A stretch of DNA of 29,740 bases from Candidatus Hydrogenedentota bacterium (GCA_046583315.1 JAYGCN010000187.1:1-29740), one strand, 5' to 3'; positions 17,176 through 27,228 are shown, counted from the first letter of the stretch. Numbers and translations: made by a program. The notes: generated from the sequence alone by a model not told the origin.

Positions 17176-20100
17176 TTAGGGAACCATCTTCGGAGGGCTG
17201 AGCAGACTTCCGGATGGCCCGAGCACGACGTAGGTCCGCACGTAGATATCGATGAAATGAAAACTCCGATTGGTCACGTTTTTCTTCACGCCATCAGCAG
17301 GGAGCCATCCTGTTTCGGGGGTGTAAGCGTATACTTCCAGCTGATCGAAATTTTCTTCGGTGCACACCGACTTCGCGATGCGAATATTGGCGGCCACTGT
17401 CCCCTTCGCGGATATGGGTGCATGCAGACAGGCGAAAATGGGCGAAAAGTTCGTGAGGCCAGCAGGGTAGGCTTCCGGCGGCTTCGGCATCAGAGCAACC
17501 TGTGCGCGCACTTTGGTATTCATGCTCAGCGCAAAACGTCCACCGAATTCGGGTAGCGTAAAATCAATTTCCGTTCCGAAGAATAGCTGGGTGGACAGAT
17601 CGGGATCCGGGGCCAACGAAAGTTTCCGAGGCTCAAACTGTTCTCGTTCCTGCCGAAATTGTTCGGGTAATCCAGACTCGAATGCAACCCCCGTATTCTG
17701 TTGACGGAAAGGGTTTTCCGCGCGAGCCGTCGCTTTTGCTTCACGATGGCGCGCGATCATGTCGTCGGTAATCACCAAATCCTTATCCGGATCGCGCGGA
17801 GTAGCTTTGGAAGCCGTGCGTGGCGTAAAAGGTAATGATCGTTCAGGTTTTGCCACCGGTAAGTCTTCACTCGTAACTTCTGGTGTGGGTCGCAATGGAA
17901 TTTCAATCGGCTCCCCGTCGCGCGGTATAAATATCGCCGCACCCGATTCCGCTGAATTGAACATCGTCAAGCCTTCCGGCGACGGCAAATTGTCTTCGGT
18001 TCTGCTGCGTGGTGTAATCAATGTCTGATTCCGTGGCATCGGTGCCGGAAGCAGATTCGGAGCGATGGCTTCACGCATCTGCATGCGCTGCGTCTGTTCC
18101 ATCAGCCGCAGATCCCAGCCTGGAGGAAGTGCAGGAAGTGGCGCATTGCCGAACGTTCGAACTATCCGATTGGCTTGAGCCACAGGATAGTCGGGTTCCG
18201 CCTGCGTGTTCGGCGTATTCTCAGGCAATGCCATGGCAACGCGTCGGCGTTCCGTGGGGGACAGAGACGATACCAGTTCCTGTTGCGGCAAGACCTCGGT
18301 CGTGCTGGGAGACGCTTGCGCCAGGCGAATCAAATCAGGCTCGAAAGTCTCGTAGTTTTCCAGCGCAACATCTCCATCCAATATGTGCTGTGGACCCAGC
18401 ACGGTGTACACCTGGCGACCAGTTGCGCGCACATAAAACGTCCGCGTGTTCCGGTTCAGCTGTTGATCCTGAACTGGTTGCCAGCCTGTCTGCGGCTGAT
18501 AGCGATACACAGCGAGTTTCGCCAAACCCTCCATCGAACACAAGGTCTCGGGTACATGAAGCTCCATGTTGATCTCGATCGGCGTGTCGACGGGATTCAC
18601 TACCGGTTCCACGAAGGGCGTGAACGCTTTTAGACTGGTCGGCAGGGACAATTGCAACGAAGTGGATAGCCTCAGACTGACCTGGATCGGTGTCGCCGCA
18701 CGAATCAGCATGGCCGTGCCAGAATCCGCAGGCCGAAACGCAATCACTTTGCCGCGCGCGCTTACCGCGTGCTTTTCCACATCGACACGCGCATACCGCG
18801 TGTGTTTGAATCGCCGCTGCGTCATCAGAGGAAGTTGATCGGCATAGTGGGGCGAATCCGGATTCTCCGAAGTCCCGAAAGGCACCCAACTCACCGCCTT
18901 GGGGATTTCGCCGAACTGCACCGCCATCGCGAAACCCGGACCCTGCTTGGCCACCCACATTCCGTTTTCGTAATACGTATCGCCCATGCCAAACACCGGC
19001 TCACCCGTGTACGCGCCGGGCATAGGCACTTCACGCGTCCCTCGACGAATCACGTGCGCCTCTCCCCAGGGAATTTGAATCGTTTGAAACGAGTCCCGCA
19101 TCAATCGCGCGGCATCGGCTGCCGTATCCAGCAAGAAACGCTGCATGTCAGGCGTGTTTTCCTGCAACATCGCATGCAAGGCCTCAGATGCCGTCGCGCG
19201 CTCTTCGTAATTTCGACTGAACAGCGTCCACCAAACATGAAAATAGGTCATCGCTTCGCTATTCGGGTGCGCCAGAAAATCCCAATTCTGCAACAAGGTC
19301 AATGCGACGCGTAGATCGGGATGAGACTGTTGAACATATTGCGGGTGCGCACGCGCGGCACCGATAAGATAAGGCACTACTTCCACTGCCAGCGGTACAA
19401 CAATGTCGAACAGGATCGACTGGTTGTCTTCGAAGCTGCGCTGACCCCGCCCAAGCATCTGACGCAGCCGTTTCGCGCGATACGTATCGGGATCGCGTAT
19501 CAACCAGTCGCCCCAGGTCGCCCGGTTCCAATCCAGTCCATCCGTCACCAGCCAAGGCGGTGTCCCCGACGCCTGAATGTAGCCTGCTTCCGGGTTTACG
19601 AACCAGGGAAGCTGATGGGGCTGAAAGGGGGCTCCCCACATCGTGCCCGCCATGAGCGTCGAGACGGGTTCCTCCCACACCGTCTTCGCCAGGCGGGGTT
19701 TTCCAAGTCGATTGTCAGGCAGTCCCGAGCGTTCGCCAACTTTCGCGTTGTAATTGTAATACAAATTGCCGCTTCGATCCGTGTACACCAAATGAAACAG
19801 CGGCAACTCCTGACGCTCCCACGCCGAACGAAACTGTTCCAGATTCTGTGCGCGTCCCATGTCGTACAGTTGACGCAGCCCGCCGAAATCGCGATAGCCT
19901 CCGACCCGCAAAGCATACGGAATCCCCCGTGAAAATCCCAACACCGGACCCAGATGCGTCATATACCGTTGCGTCTGCTGCTCCATCAGGCCATTGTCGG
20001 TCCAAACGTAGTAAGACTTCGTGTCCGACTCGTTGGTGAATTTGCTTCGCTGAGACGACTGCCGGGGTTGCCGCGCCAGTGAAACGGATTTCGGGTTCAC

Positions 20101-20898
20101 GGGAGGCGGTGCGAGTTCGTTCAACACCCCGTAGGTGTCCGCGATGTCCGGATGATTCGGCGACAAGGCCCAGCCCAACGAATCGTTGTGACCCATCAGA
20201 AGGATTGGCAAGCCGAACAGCGTCGCGCCGTACACATTCATCTCATGCGTGATCAGATGCGCCTCATACCACTGAAAAATCCCGTCGTAGTCCGTGTGTG
20301 GATTCATGACCAGGATGGATTGTCCCTCTTTCGTTCGCGACGGTGCCAAAGCCCACGCATTGGCGAAAGGCGTTCCCGGTGCGGGACGATAGGTGTCCTT
20401 GTAATCAACAGGTGCCATCGACATGAGGTAATGGTGAAAAAAGGCCAAGACATCAACCGGAGCGATGCCCTCGGCCCAATCCGGCCGTTCATCGGGATGA
20501 TCGATGATCCACGAATTCACCCCCAGCGCAAAACCCTCACACAAATCCTTCGTGACTTGATCGAGCGTGGGGTAGGCCGCCAAGGCGAGGTCGCGATGGC
20601 GCATCTTGAGCGCAAACTCGTCCGAAGCCATGAACCGTTCGCCAAAGATCTCAGATGCCCGTCCGTTTGCAATGCGATAGGCAAAAAGCATGTCTTCCAG
20701 GTGATCTTCCGCCTGTGCCTGCCCAAAGGCGAAGGCCATTGCTCGTGGGTTGTTCGCGAAGACATGCGGCACGCCCCATTCATCACGGTAAACCGTCGCA
20801 TCATTCCAAAGCCGATCCGCCTGCGACTGGGCGTAAGCCGGTAGGGTAGCGATGAGCAGGAGAAACGAATACAGACACGGTTTCATAGAGTCAGGCAC
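17176..20898 (-). CDS. Secreted penicillin-acylase (peptidase S45 / Ntn) family protein with substituted catalytic residues and a long C-terminal extension
   Basis: Signal peptide (likely start ATG 20886); YRDEWGVPHV, FGQAQAED, ANAWALAPSRT...NPH, FGTSENPDSPHYADQ. Confidence 0.9.
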   Translation of the reverse strand: MPDSMKPCLYSFLLLIATLPAYAQSQADRLWNDATVYRDEWGVPHVFANNPRAMAFAFGQAQAEDHLEDMLFAYRIANGRASEIFGERFMASDEFALKMRHRDLALAAYPTLDQVTKDLCEGFALGVNSWIIDHPDERPDWAEGIAPVDVLAFFHHYLMSMAPVDYKDTYRPAPGTPFANAWALAPSRTKEGQSILVMNPHTDYDGIFQWYEAHLITHEMNVYGATLFGLPILLMGHNDSLGWALSPNHPDIADTYGVLNELAPPPVNPKSVSLARQPRQSSQRSKFTNESDTKSYYVWTDNGLMEQQTQRYMTHLGPVLGFSRGIPYALRVGGYRDFGGLRQLYDMGRAQNLEQFRSAWERQELPLFHLVYTDRSGNLYYNYNAKVGERSGLPDNRLGKPRLAKTVWEEPVSTLMAGTMWGAPFQPHQLPWFVNPEAGYIQASGTPPWLVTDGLDWNRATWGDWLIRDPDTYRAKRLRQMLGRGQRSFEDNQSILFDIVVPLAVEVVPYLIGAARAHPQYVQQSHPDLRVALTLLQNWDFLAHPNSEAMTYFHVWWTLFSRNYEERATASEALHAMLQENTPDMQRFLLDTAADAARLMRDSFQTIQIPWGEAHVIRRGTREVPMPGAYTGEPVFGMGDTYYENGMWVAKQGPGFAMAVQFGEIPKAVSWVPFGTSENPDSPHYADQLPLMTQRRFKHTRYARVDVEKHAVSARGKVIAFRPADSGTAMLIRAATPIQVSLRLSTSLQLSLPTSLKAFTPFVEPVVNPVDTPIEINMELHVPETLCSMEGLAKLAVYRYQPQTGWQPVQDQQLNRNTRTFYVRATGRQVYTVLGPQHILDGDVALENYETFEPDLIRLAQASPSTTEVLPQQELVSSLSPTERRRVAMALPENTPNTQAEPDYPVAQANRIVRTFGNAPLPALPPGWDLRLMEQTQRMQMREAIAPNLLPAPMPRNQTLITPRSRTEDNLPSPEGLTMFNSAESGAAIFIPRDGEPIEIPLRPTPEVTSEDLPVAKPERSLPFTPRTASKATPRDPDKDLVITDDMIARHREAKATARAENPFRQQNTGVAFESGLPEQFRQEREQFEPRKLSLAPDPDLSTQLFFGTEIDFTLPEFGGRFALSMNTKVRAQVALMPKPPEAYPAGLTNFSPIFACLHAPISAKGTVAANIRIAKSVCTEENFDQLEVYAYTPETGWLPADGVKKNVTNRSFHFIDIYVRTYVVLGPSGSLLSPPKMVP

Positions 20899-20950
20899 TC
20901 ACAAGATAGTTGACAGCCCGTCCATTATTTCACATCTTGGAAAATAACAC

Positions 20951-20982
20951 AAAAGGCCGGAATTTCCTAAGAAATCCCGGCC
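20951..20982 (-). terminator. Intrinsic terminator after the MFS gene
   Basis: Minus strand GGCCGGGATTTC-ttag-GAAATTCCGGCC followed by TTTT. Confidence 0.75.
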
Positions 20983-21008
20983 CCTCACAACGCTTTACCC
21001 CAAGAAAA

Positions 21009-22358
21009 TCAGGTTTCGTTCGCTTCCAAGGTCTTACGGAACTGCTTCATGCCGTTCCAGAGTAGGATAGCAGCAAGGGTACCAGCAAAAGTACTTACCG
21101 TGGCCAACGAATAGTGAATTTTCATGTCGTCTTTGAAAACATTTTGCGTAAACAAGGCCACCGCGCTCGGCCCCATGCCAAGTCCAATCATGTTGACAAC
21201 GAAGAGGTAAATGGCTGAGGCCTGCCCGCGCATTCGGTTTGGCATCATTTCTTGGATGGCAGCAGGTGCGACACCGAATGGCATCGCCGCCAGATAGACT
21301 GAGGGACACAGCACCATAATGGCCAAAATGTGATTAGGCATCAGCGGGAATATAAGGCCGAGCGGTATGTGCGCCATAGCGGCATAGAACCCGACACGCA
21401 ATTTTGAATCGGTGTATCCTCTCTCACGCAGTTTATCGGCAAAGAATCCTCCACTGACAATTCCCAGGGTGCCGAAAATGATTACGATAATTCCATAAAT
21501 GATACCGATGTCAGCGCGCCCCATATCATGAAGTCGAATGAAGAATTCGGGTATCCAGCTCCCGCTTCCGTACGAAACGAAAGAGAGCAGTGCGAATCCG
21601 ACATTGTGGAAAAAGAAAGTTCGCCAATGGGTCTTCACGAAGGCGAAAACTTCGGCCAATGGTACGCTACCCGTGTCTTTCTTTTTGCCAAGACCTCTGC
21701 GCTTCGGTTCTTTGATTAGAAACATGAACGGGACGAACAGGAATCCCGGTACACCGATGAAAAAGAATACGCTCTGCCAGGGAGCTACATCGCCGACGAG
21801 TGGTATAGCGACTGATTCTGCGGTGCCTACCCACGCAATGACGATACCGCCGAGTAAATAGGCCATGCCGGAACCGATGTAGATACCTGCTCCGTAGATG
21901 GATATCGCCAGAGCGATTCGACTCGGTTTGAAAAGATCCGTAATCAACGAATAGGCCGAAGGCGACAGCGACGCTTCGCCGACACCGACTCCCATGCGGA
22001 ACATCGTCAACTGGGTGAAATTTTTGGCCAATCCGCAACCGGTTGACATGATACTCCAGATGCCCAATCCGACAGCAATAATCGTTCGGCGGCTCTTACT
22101 GTCTGCCAGACGTCCCAACGGGATTCCGAATATCGTGTAGAACAGGGCAAATGAGAATCCCATCAGGAGCCCCATTTGGTTCTCGGAGATTCCCAAATCT
22201 TCCTTTATCGGTCCTACCAGCAAACTCAAAATCTGGCGGTCAACAAACGAAAAAATATAGGCGATCATCAAGATGCCTACGACGAACCAGGCATACCTCT
22301 CACTAGGATACGGTTCTTCTTCTACGGACTCAGGGGCCCTCGATTCTTCTTCGGACAT
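21009..22358 (-). CDS. MFS transporter, spinster-like
   Basis: FSFVDRQIL, GRLADSKSRR, RMGVGVGEASLSPSAYSLITDLF; about 12 TM helices. Confidence 0.93.
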   Translation of the reverse strand: MSEEESRAPESVEEEPYPSERYAWFVVGILMIAYIFSFVDRQILSLLVGPIKEDLGISENQMGLLMGFSFALFYTIFGIPLGRLADSKSRRTIIAVGLGIWSIMSTGCGLAKNFTQLTMFRMGVGVGEASLSPSAYSLITDLFKPSRIALAISIYGAGIYIGSGMAYLLGGIVIAWVGTAESVAIPLVGDVAPWQSVFFFIGVPGFLFVPFMFLIKEPKRRGLGKKKDTGSVPLAEVFAFVKTHWRTFFFHNVGFALLSFVSYGSGSWIPEFFIRLHDMGRADIGIIYGIIVIIFGTLGIVSGGFFADKLRERGYTDSKLRVGFYAAMAHIPLGLIFPLMPNHILAIMVLCPSVYLAAMPFGVAPAAIQEMMPNRMRGQASAIYLFVVNMIGLGMGPSAVALFTQNVFKDDMKIHYSLATVSTFAGTLAAILLWNGMKQFRKTLEANET

Positions 22359-22464
22359 TCAATGATTCTCCAGATCTGGTTTCGCTACACAACGCAGATA
22401 AGAGTGGCGGATCGGAGAAAAAAAGTCAATAGCCAGAGACGTAATATTTCGCGCGAGGGGATCG

Positions 22465-23259
22465 TTAGGCCAACGTGCGGTAAATCAGGCGCATTGTGAT
22501 GACGAGAAGTAAGGCACCCATGACAAAACGGCGTCGTTCGAAGCTAAGGTGGTGATTGATTTTGCGGCCGATCGGTGCCGCAGCGACCGCGCCAATAATG
22601 ACGAGCGGGGCCAACGAGATATTGACCAGGCCATAGGTCCACGCCATGTCCACCGATTTAGGACTCAACAGATTTGAGATGGTACCCGCCGTCGCGGACA
22701 CAACCATGATTGCATTCGACAGCGCGACGACCCGCTTGTTCGAGACGATTCCGGCCCACAGTGCAAAAGGCACGAAAATCGCCCCGCCACCCGTACCGGT
22801 CGCACCCGCCACGAATCCAGCCGCTAAACCGACCAGCACGGAAATCTGGGTGCGTTTGAGAACTTCTTCTTCATTGACGTGAGGCTCTTTTAACAGAAAC
22901 GAGCGCGCTCCCGCGAAAAACAGCAGTCCGATAAAGACCCACGTCGCTCCAGTGTCGCTGAGCAGGCTCGTTGTCCAAGCGCCCAGGAATCCTCCTATTA
23001 CCGCGCCAATGGCTATCACCGCGATAAAGCGAGTTGGATTGCGCATGTGTCCGCGATTCATCAGGAACGCATTGTTGAGCGCCACAAGAGCGATGATCAA
23101 CATGCTCGTACCCTTGGCGGTATTCGTATCCATAATCGGATAGAGAAACAGCAGCGCGGGCACCATCAGCACGCCACCACCAATTCCCAGTGCGGCACTG
23201 ACTATGCCAACGCTCGCGCCGAGTCCGAGCATCGTTACAATAAAAACAAAGGTGTCCAT
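22465..23259 (-). CDS. TauE/SafE (TSUP) family membrane protein
   Basis: Duplicated GIGGGVLMVP / GTGGGAIFVP motifs and AKGTS. Confidence 0.9.
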   Translation of the reverse strand: MDTFVFIVTMLGLGASVGIVSAALGIGGGVLMVPALLFLYPIMDTNTAKGTSMLIIALVALNNAFLMNRGHMRNPTRFIAVIAIGAVIGGFLGAWTTSLLSDTGATWVFIGLLFFAGARSFLLKEPHVNEEEVLKRTQISVLVGLAAGFVAGATGTGGGAIFVPFALWAGIVSNKRVVALSNAIMVVSATAGTISNLLSPKSVDMAWTYGLVNISLAPLVIIGAVAAAPIGRKINHHLSFERRRFVMGALLLVITMRLIYRTLA

Positions 23260-23302
23260 GAATCCGCCATCACCCCTAAAGCATCTTAGAAAAGGTGTTG
23301 CG

Positions 23303-23331
23303 AGTGTACCTGTTTATGCATACCACTACAA
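23303..23331 (-). promoter_or_regulatory. Sigma-70 promoter of the TauE gene
   Basis: TTGTAG-N17-TACACT. Confidence 0.45.
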
Positions 23332-23357
23332 CTCGGAGCGGGGGAGGGCATACGGTC

Positions 23358-23392
23358 AAAAAAAGAGGCATCGCCAACCGTGACGATGCCTC
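23358..23392 (-). terminator. Intrinsic terminator after the ThuA gene
   Basis: Minus strand GAGGCATCGTCA-cggt-TGGCGATGCCTC followed by T7. Confidence 0.88.
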
Positions 23393-23422
23393 GTATATGC
23401 TAGTCAATTCGAGTTTCTTGAA

Positions 23423-24265
23423 TCAGTCCTTCATGACCTCTTCATAATTCGGGTCCGCCTGAGCCGGGCCTTCCCCCATCGCCCACGTTGCCGCCGCGAT
23501 GACGGTCTGCTGGAAATCATCATCCAGCCACACGTCTTCACGATGCCCCTGTGCATTGAAATAAATGCGGCCTTCACCCAGGGTGCTCACCCAGGTGATC
23601 GCATAGTTCGGCGTGTCATACATTTTTTGGCGTTCGCGTTCCCGACCCGCATCCAGCGTAGCGATTACATGAATCTTGTCTTTGTTGAGGTTCTTGAACA
23701 CGTACCATTCATCCAGCGTGCTCCAATCCTGGGGCGTGGCCGCCGCGGCAGGATGGCTCTCATCCACAACCTTCACTGTGCCGCGAAACTGTTTGCCGTG
23801 ACCACGGAATTCCCCGCCAAGCATCTCGATATAGGGTGTCACCTCATCGCCCTTGCCATGAAACGTATCACTCGCGCAGTGATACCCCATGAAACCACCG
23901 CCCTTCGCAATCCAATCCTTCAAATCCTGAATTCCGCTTTCCGCCATAGGTGGATTGCCATCCGAACCCTCTTCGGTCAGATTCAACGTTGTGTAGAAAA
24001 TGACCAGGTCGAAATTTTCCAGCGTCTTTGCATTGATCATGCTGGCATCTTTCGTGGAGGTCAGTTCTGCGCCAGCCGTATCCGCCAATTCCTGCAACAC
24101 ATCGGCCACATGATTACTGCCGCTGTCATTTGGTTTTATTACACTGTGTTGAAAACCCGACGATTTACTCAAAAACAAGATGCGCGGAGCATCCTGAGCC
24201 AGTGCAACACCACACACCAACAGGGCCGTGGTCGCCGCAAGTATCCGTGAAAATTGCTTAAACAT
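23423..24265 (-). CDS. Secreted ThuA-domain (class I GATase-like) protein
   Basis: Signal peptide from ATG 24265 (GGAGA RBS); SKSSGFQHS, GGGFMGYHCASDT, DEWY, GRIYFNAQGHREDVW. Confidence 0.9.
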   Translation of the reverse strand: MFKQFSRILAATTALLVCGVALAQDAPRILFLSKSSGFQHSVIKPNDSGSNHVADVLQELADTAGAELTSTKDASMINAKTLENFDLVIFYTTLNLTEEGSDGNPPMAESGIQDLKDWIAKGGGFMGYHCASDTFHGKGDEVTPYIEMLGGEFRGHGKQFRGTVKVVDESHPAAAATPQDWSTLDEWYVFKNLNKDKIHVIATLDAGRERERQKMYDTPNYAITWVSTLGEGRIYFNAQGHREDVWLDDDFQQTVIAAATWAMGEGPAQADPNYEEVMKD

Positions 24266-24406
24266 GTGAATATCTCCTTCCATTTCGTAGTCCATACCCC
24301 ATCTACAGGGCAACGGACAGTGTACTGGTTCTCTTTACGACACCACAAGCATTTTTTGAAGGTCTTAATGCAAATGCAACTGAAACGCGATATACTGGGA
24401 GCCATC

Positions 24407-25552
24407 ATGTCACGCGCAATCACAAAGAGCCGATGTTTGGTGAGTCTTGTCGCCCTGATACTCGTCGTTTCAGGAAGCGGTTGCACCTTTCTGCCTCACA
24501 CGACTCCCTCCTCCGAAACCCTGACCAAACGCTTTCAGAATACGCTGGACGATCTCCAACGCGAGCACAAATTTCCGGGGGCCACAGCGGCCGTGTTGTT
24601 GCCGGACGACACCATCATCGCAGTCGCCACAGGCTACGCGGATCGCGACAAAAAAATCCTCATGCATCCCTCCACGCAGCAATACATCGGAGACGTGGGC
24701 ATGACTTTCGTCGCCGCCCTTGCGTTGGCGTTGGTACACGACGAGCGACTCGATCTTGATCGCCCGGTCCAAAACTATCTCGATACCCGAGGCCAGGATG
24801 CCTGGTTCCTGGAGATTCCGAACGCCGGGCGAATCACCATGCGTCATTTACTTACGCATACAAGCGGACTTCGCGATGTCAGCCAGGAAAACGAATCGAT
24901 TCAGCCGGCAAATCAGGTGAACGATTCCACCCGCCTGCTGATGATGTCCGAATCGTGGACCGGCACCGCCAACGGTTTGGAATCTGAATTTCGCCCTGGC
25001 GCGGGATTCAATCACTCGCGAATGGGCTATCTGCTCGCGGGCATCGTACTGGAACGCATTAGCGGTCAGTCCATAGAAGAGTTGCTTGAGCAGAGATTGA
25101 TCGGCCCAAGAGACCTTAGCCGTACTTCCCATGTATCTTCTGAATATCCCGATGCCATCGCGACGGGATATGCGGGAGACCATTCGCAGTCGAATACTCC
25201 GCGATGGGTCAGCTCGGCATTGATAAGTAATCCGCACGATCTGGTGCGTTGGGCCAAAGGCCTCTATCAGGAAGACCTTTTCGATAGGCCGTATCTTGAA
25301 GATCTATTGGCCTCAGGATATCGTGGCTCCGATCGCAATTCGGAATACGGGCTAGGCGTCTACATCTACGAGACGACTGCCGGCGAGGCCTACGGACACA
25401 CCGGAAGCTATCCCGGATTCGAGACCAACCTCATCTATTTTCCGCGCCACGAAATCGCCGTGTGCATTCAGGTCAACTCTTCGTATGACAATGACATCAG
25501 GGCCTACGTGCAAGAGCTCGCCCAGGTCATCCTGAATAGCCTGCCTCGCTAG
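24407..25552 (+). CDS. Beta-lactamase / serine-hydrolase-fold lipoprotein lacking SxxK and YxN
   Basis: GGGAG RBS; lipobox-like VSGSGC; FPGATAAV, ITMRHLLTHTSG, PGAGF, YGLG, YGHTG motifs. Confidence 0.88.
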   Translation: MSRAITKSRCLVSLVALILVVSGSGCTFLPHTTPSSETLTKRFQNTLDDLQREHKFPGATAAVLLPDDTIIAVATGYADRDKKILMHPSTQQYIGDVGMTFVAALALALVHDERLDLDRPVQNYLDTRGQDAWFLEIPNAGRITMRHLLTHTSGLRDVSQENESIQPANQVNDSTRLLMMSESWTGTANGLESEFRPGAGFNHSRMGYLLAGIVLERISGQSIEELLEQRLIGPRDLSRTSHVSSEYPDAIATGYAGDHSQSNTPRWVSSALISNPHDLVRWAKGLYQEDLFDRPYLEDLLASGYRGSDRNSEYGLGVYIYETTAGEAYGHTGSYPGFETNLIYFPRHEIAVCIQVNSSYDNDIRAYVQELAQVILNSLPR

Positions 25553-27111
25553 CGCACCAACGCCTTCTCCAGAAAGTCCAACTGTTCTTTCAGCACATGC
25601 TGACCCGCCTTGGGCGTATCACCCAGCTCCATATAGTCGCCGTTATGCGTTGAATACGGCAACCACTTCGGAAGCCCCTTGCCATTCGGATCGCCGTTCG
25701 TGGCGAAGTTCACCCAGTAATCCGAAATCTGATCGGCCAAGCGGAGATCAATCTCTGTCGTATAGTCGTTCGACTTGCCGTTGTTGTTAAAGGCATACGC
25801 GATTTCCGCAGCATGATACGCGCCCGTGTACTCACTCTGCGGTAGCGGCGGTACACGTGTGAAGTAATAAAGGTACGCGTTGGAATCCAACCGTTCCGTC
25901 GCGCGTGCCCAACCCCGCATCTGCAAACCAAAAAAAGTGTCGCCCTGAGAACGCAGATACGCATCGGATGCTTCCTCGATAGTGGATGCCGGGTACACAG
26001 CATGAAATCCATCCGCATTCGCTCCGTATTGTGTCGTAATGCGCGCGCGGTAATCACCCATTTCCTTGGGAAGCGTTGCGGGATTGCTCAATGTAGACAT
26101 TTCTTTCGCGTTGAACCCGACCATCACCGGCACGTCGTGTTGGCGTCCGCTGTAGAATATGTTCTCCGTCTCTTCTGGAAATACCCAGCCATCCACGACC
26201 GGACGCGTTCGGAATTTTCGCCCTTCCGGATTCTTCTCGAACACTTCCACAATTTTCTCCGACGGGAGCGCGCGCATTTCGGCCAACGTTTCGACACCAA
26301 GGGCCTTCATGAAAGCAAGCCCTACTTCCTCACCGGAAACACTGCCCGTCTTGCTCTTGTCCGCAAGATAGAAATCCCAACCAAAGGTGGCACCGCTTTC
26401 GCCGATAGCCCGATGCACGAGTCCTTTCGACAACGGCGTCGCCAGCAGAGCATGTACACTCCAAGAACCCGCCGACTCACCAAATATAGTCACGTTATCC
26501 GGGTCGCCACCAAATAATTCGATGTTGCGATTCACCCAGCGAAGAGCGGCAACCTGATCGAGCACGCCGTAGTTACCCGAAGACCCCTGTGCAGATTCTT
26601 CCGTCAATTCAGGATGCGCTAAATACCCCAGCGGCCCCAGACGGTAATTCACCGTGACCAGCACGACACCCTTCTTGGCCAAATTCGCCCCGTTGTAGGT
26701 TGGGATCGATCCAGTACCACGCGTGAGAGCCCCGCCATGAAACCAAACCATCACAGGACGTTTTTCTTTCACCTTCTCGGCATCGGTCCATACGTTCAGA
26801 TAAAGGCAATCCTCATTCATGGGCACGGCGGGCCTTTTGTAAAATGATCCATCAGGATACCCCGGCTGCGGACATATCTCTGAGAATTCAGAACACTCCT
26901 TCACGCCCGCCCACGGAATGACCGCCTGCGGTGGCTGCCAACGCAATTCACCAACGGGCGGTGCTGCAAAGGGAATTCCTTTGTACGCGCGCACGCCGTC
27001 ATCAATCGTCCCGGAAATTTCCCCACCCGTCACGCGTATGGGATCAGCCGCTACAGCAAGCGCCGGAAAACCGGCCACAGCAACCAAACAAAAACAAGCC
27101 AAACGTTTCAT
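25549..27111 (-). CDS. Secreted type-B carboxylesterase
   Basis: GIPFAAPPVGELRW, EDCLYLNVW, HGG, FGESAG, NAKE, GAYHAAE; catalytic triad intact. Confidence 0.95.
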   Translation of the reverse strand: MKRLACFCLVAVAGFPALAVAADPIRVTGGEISGTIDDGVRAYKGIPFAAPPVGELRWQPPQAVIPWAGVKECSEFSEICPQPGYPDGSFYKRPAVPMNEDCLYLNVWTDAEKVKEKRPVMVWFHGGALTRGTGSIPTYNGANLAKKGVVLVTVNYRLGPLGYLAHPELTEESAQGSSGNYGVLDQVAALRWVNRNIELFGGDPDNVTIFGESAGSWSVHALLATPLSKGLVHRAIGESGATFGWDFYLADKSKTGSVSGEEVGLAFMKALGVETLAEMRALPSEKIVEVFEKNPEGRKFRTRPVVDGWVFPEETENIFYSGRQHDVPVMVGFNAKEMSTLSNPATLPKEMGDYRARITTQYGANADGFHAVYPASTIEEASDAYLRSQGDTFFGLQMRGWARATERLDSNAYLYYFTRVPPLPQSEYTGAYHAAEIAYAFNNNGKSNDYTTEIDLRLADQISDYWVNFATNGDPNGKGLPKWLPYSTHNGDYMELGDTPKAGQHVLKEQLDFLEKALVR

Positions 27112-27164
27112 CAGGAATCTCCTCGACGTAGTATCGGAATAAATCGTCTCATCGATAAGCGATC

Positions 27165-27228
27165 AGAATACATCATTACACCCTGACCAGCAAGTCGATT
27201 GATTCCATCACGGTATAAGCCCTATACT
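27165..27228. promoter_or_regulatory. Back-to-back sigma-70 promoters (esterase on minus, peptidase on plus)
   Basis: Minus: TTGCTG-N17-TATTCT (27193-27165). Plus: TTGATT-N18-TATACT (27199-27228). Confidence 0.5.

Noticed and set aside
19608..19615. Systematic loss of GC from GAAGCTGA as the cause of both frameshifts
   Set aside because: The motif occurs intact here inside an unbroken ORF.
24254..24406. Longer start of the beta-lactamase-like ORF
   Set aside because: Overlaps the divergent ThuA start; ATG 24407 has an RBS and places the signal peptide at the N-terminus.
17176..25552. Antibiotic-resistance locus (penicillin acylase plus beta-lactamase)
   Set aside because: Both proteins lack catalytic residues; the MBL at 2329-2955 is glyoxalase II-like rather than a class B beta-lactamase.
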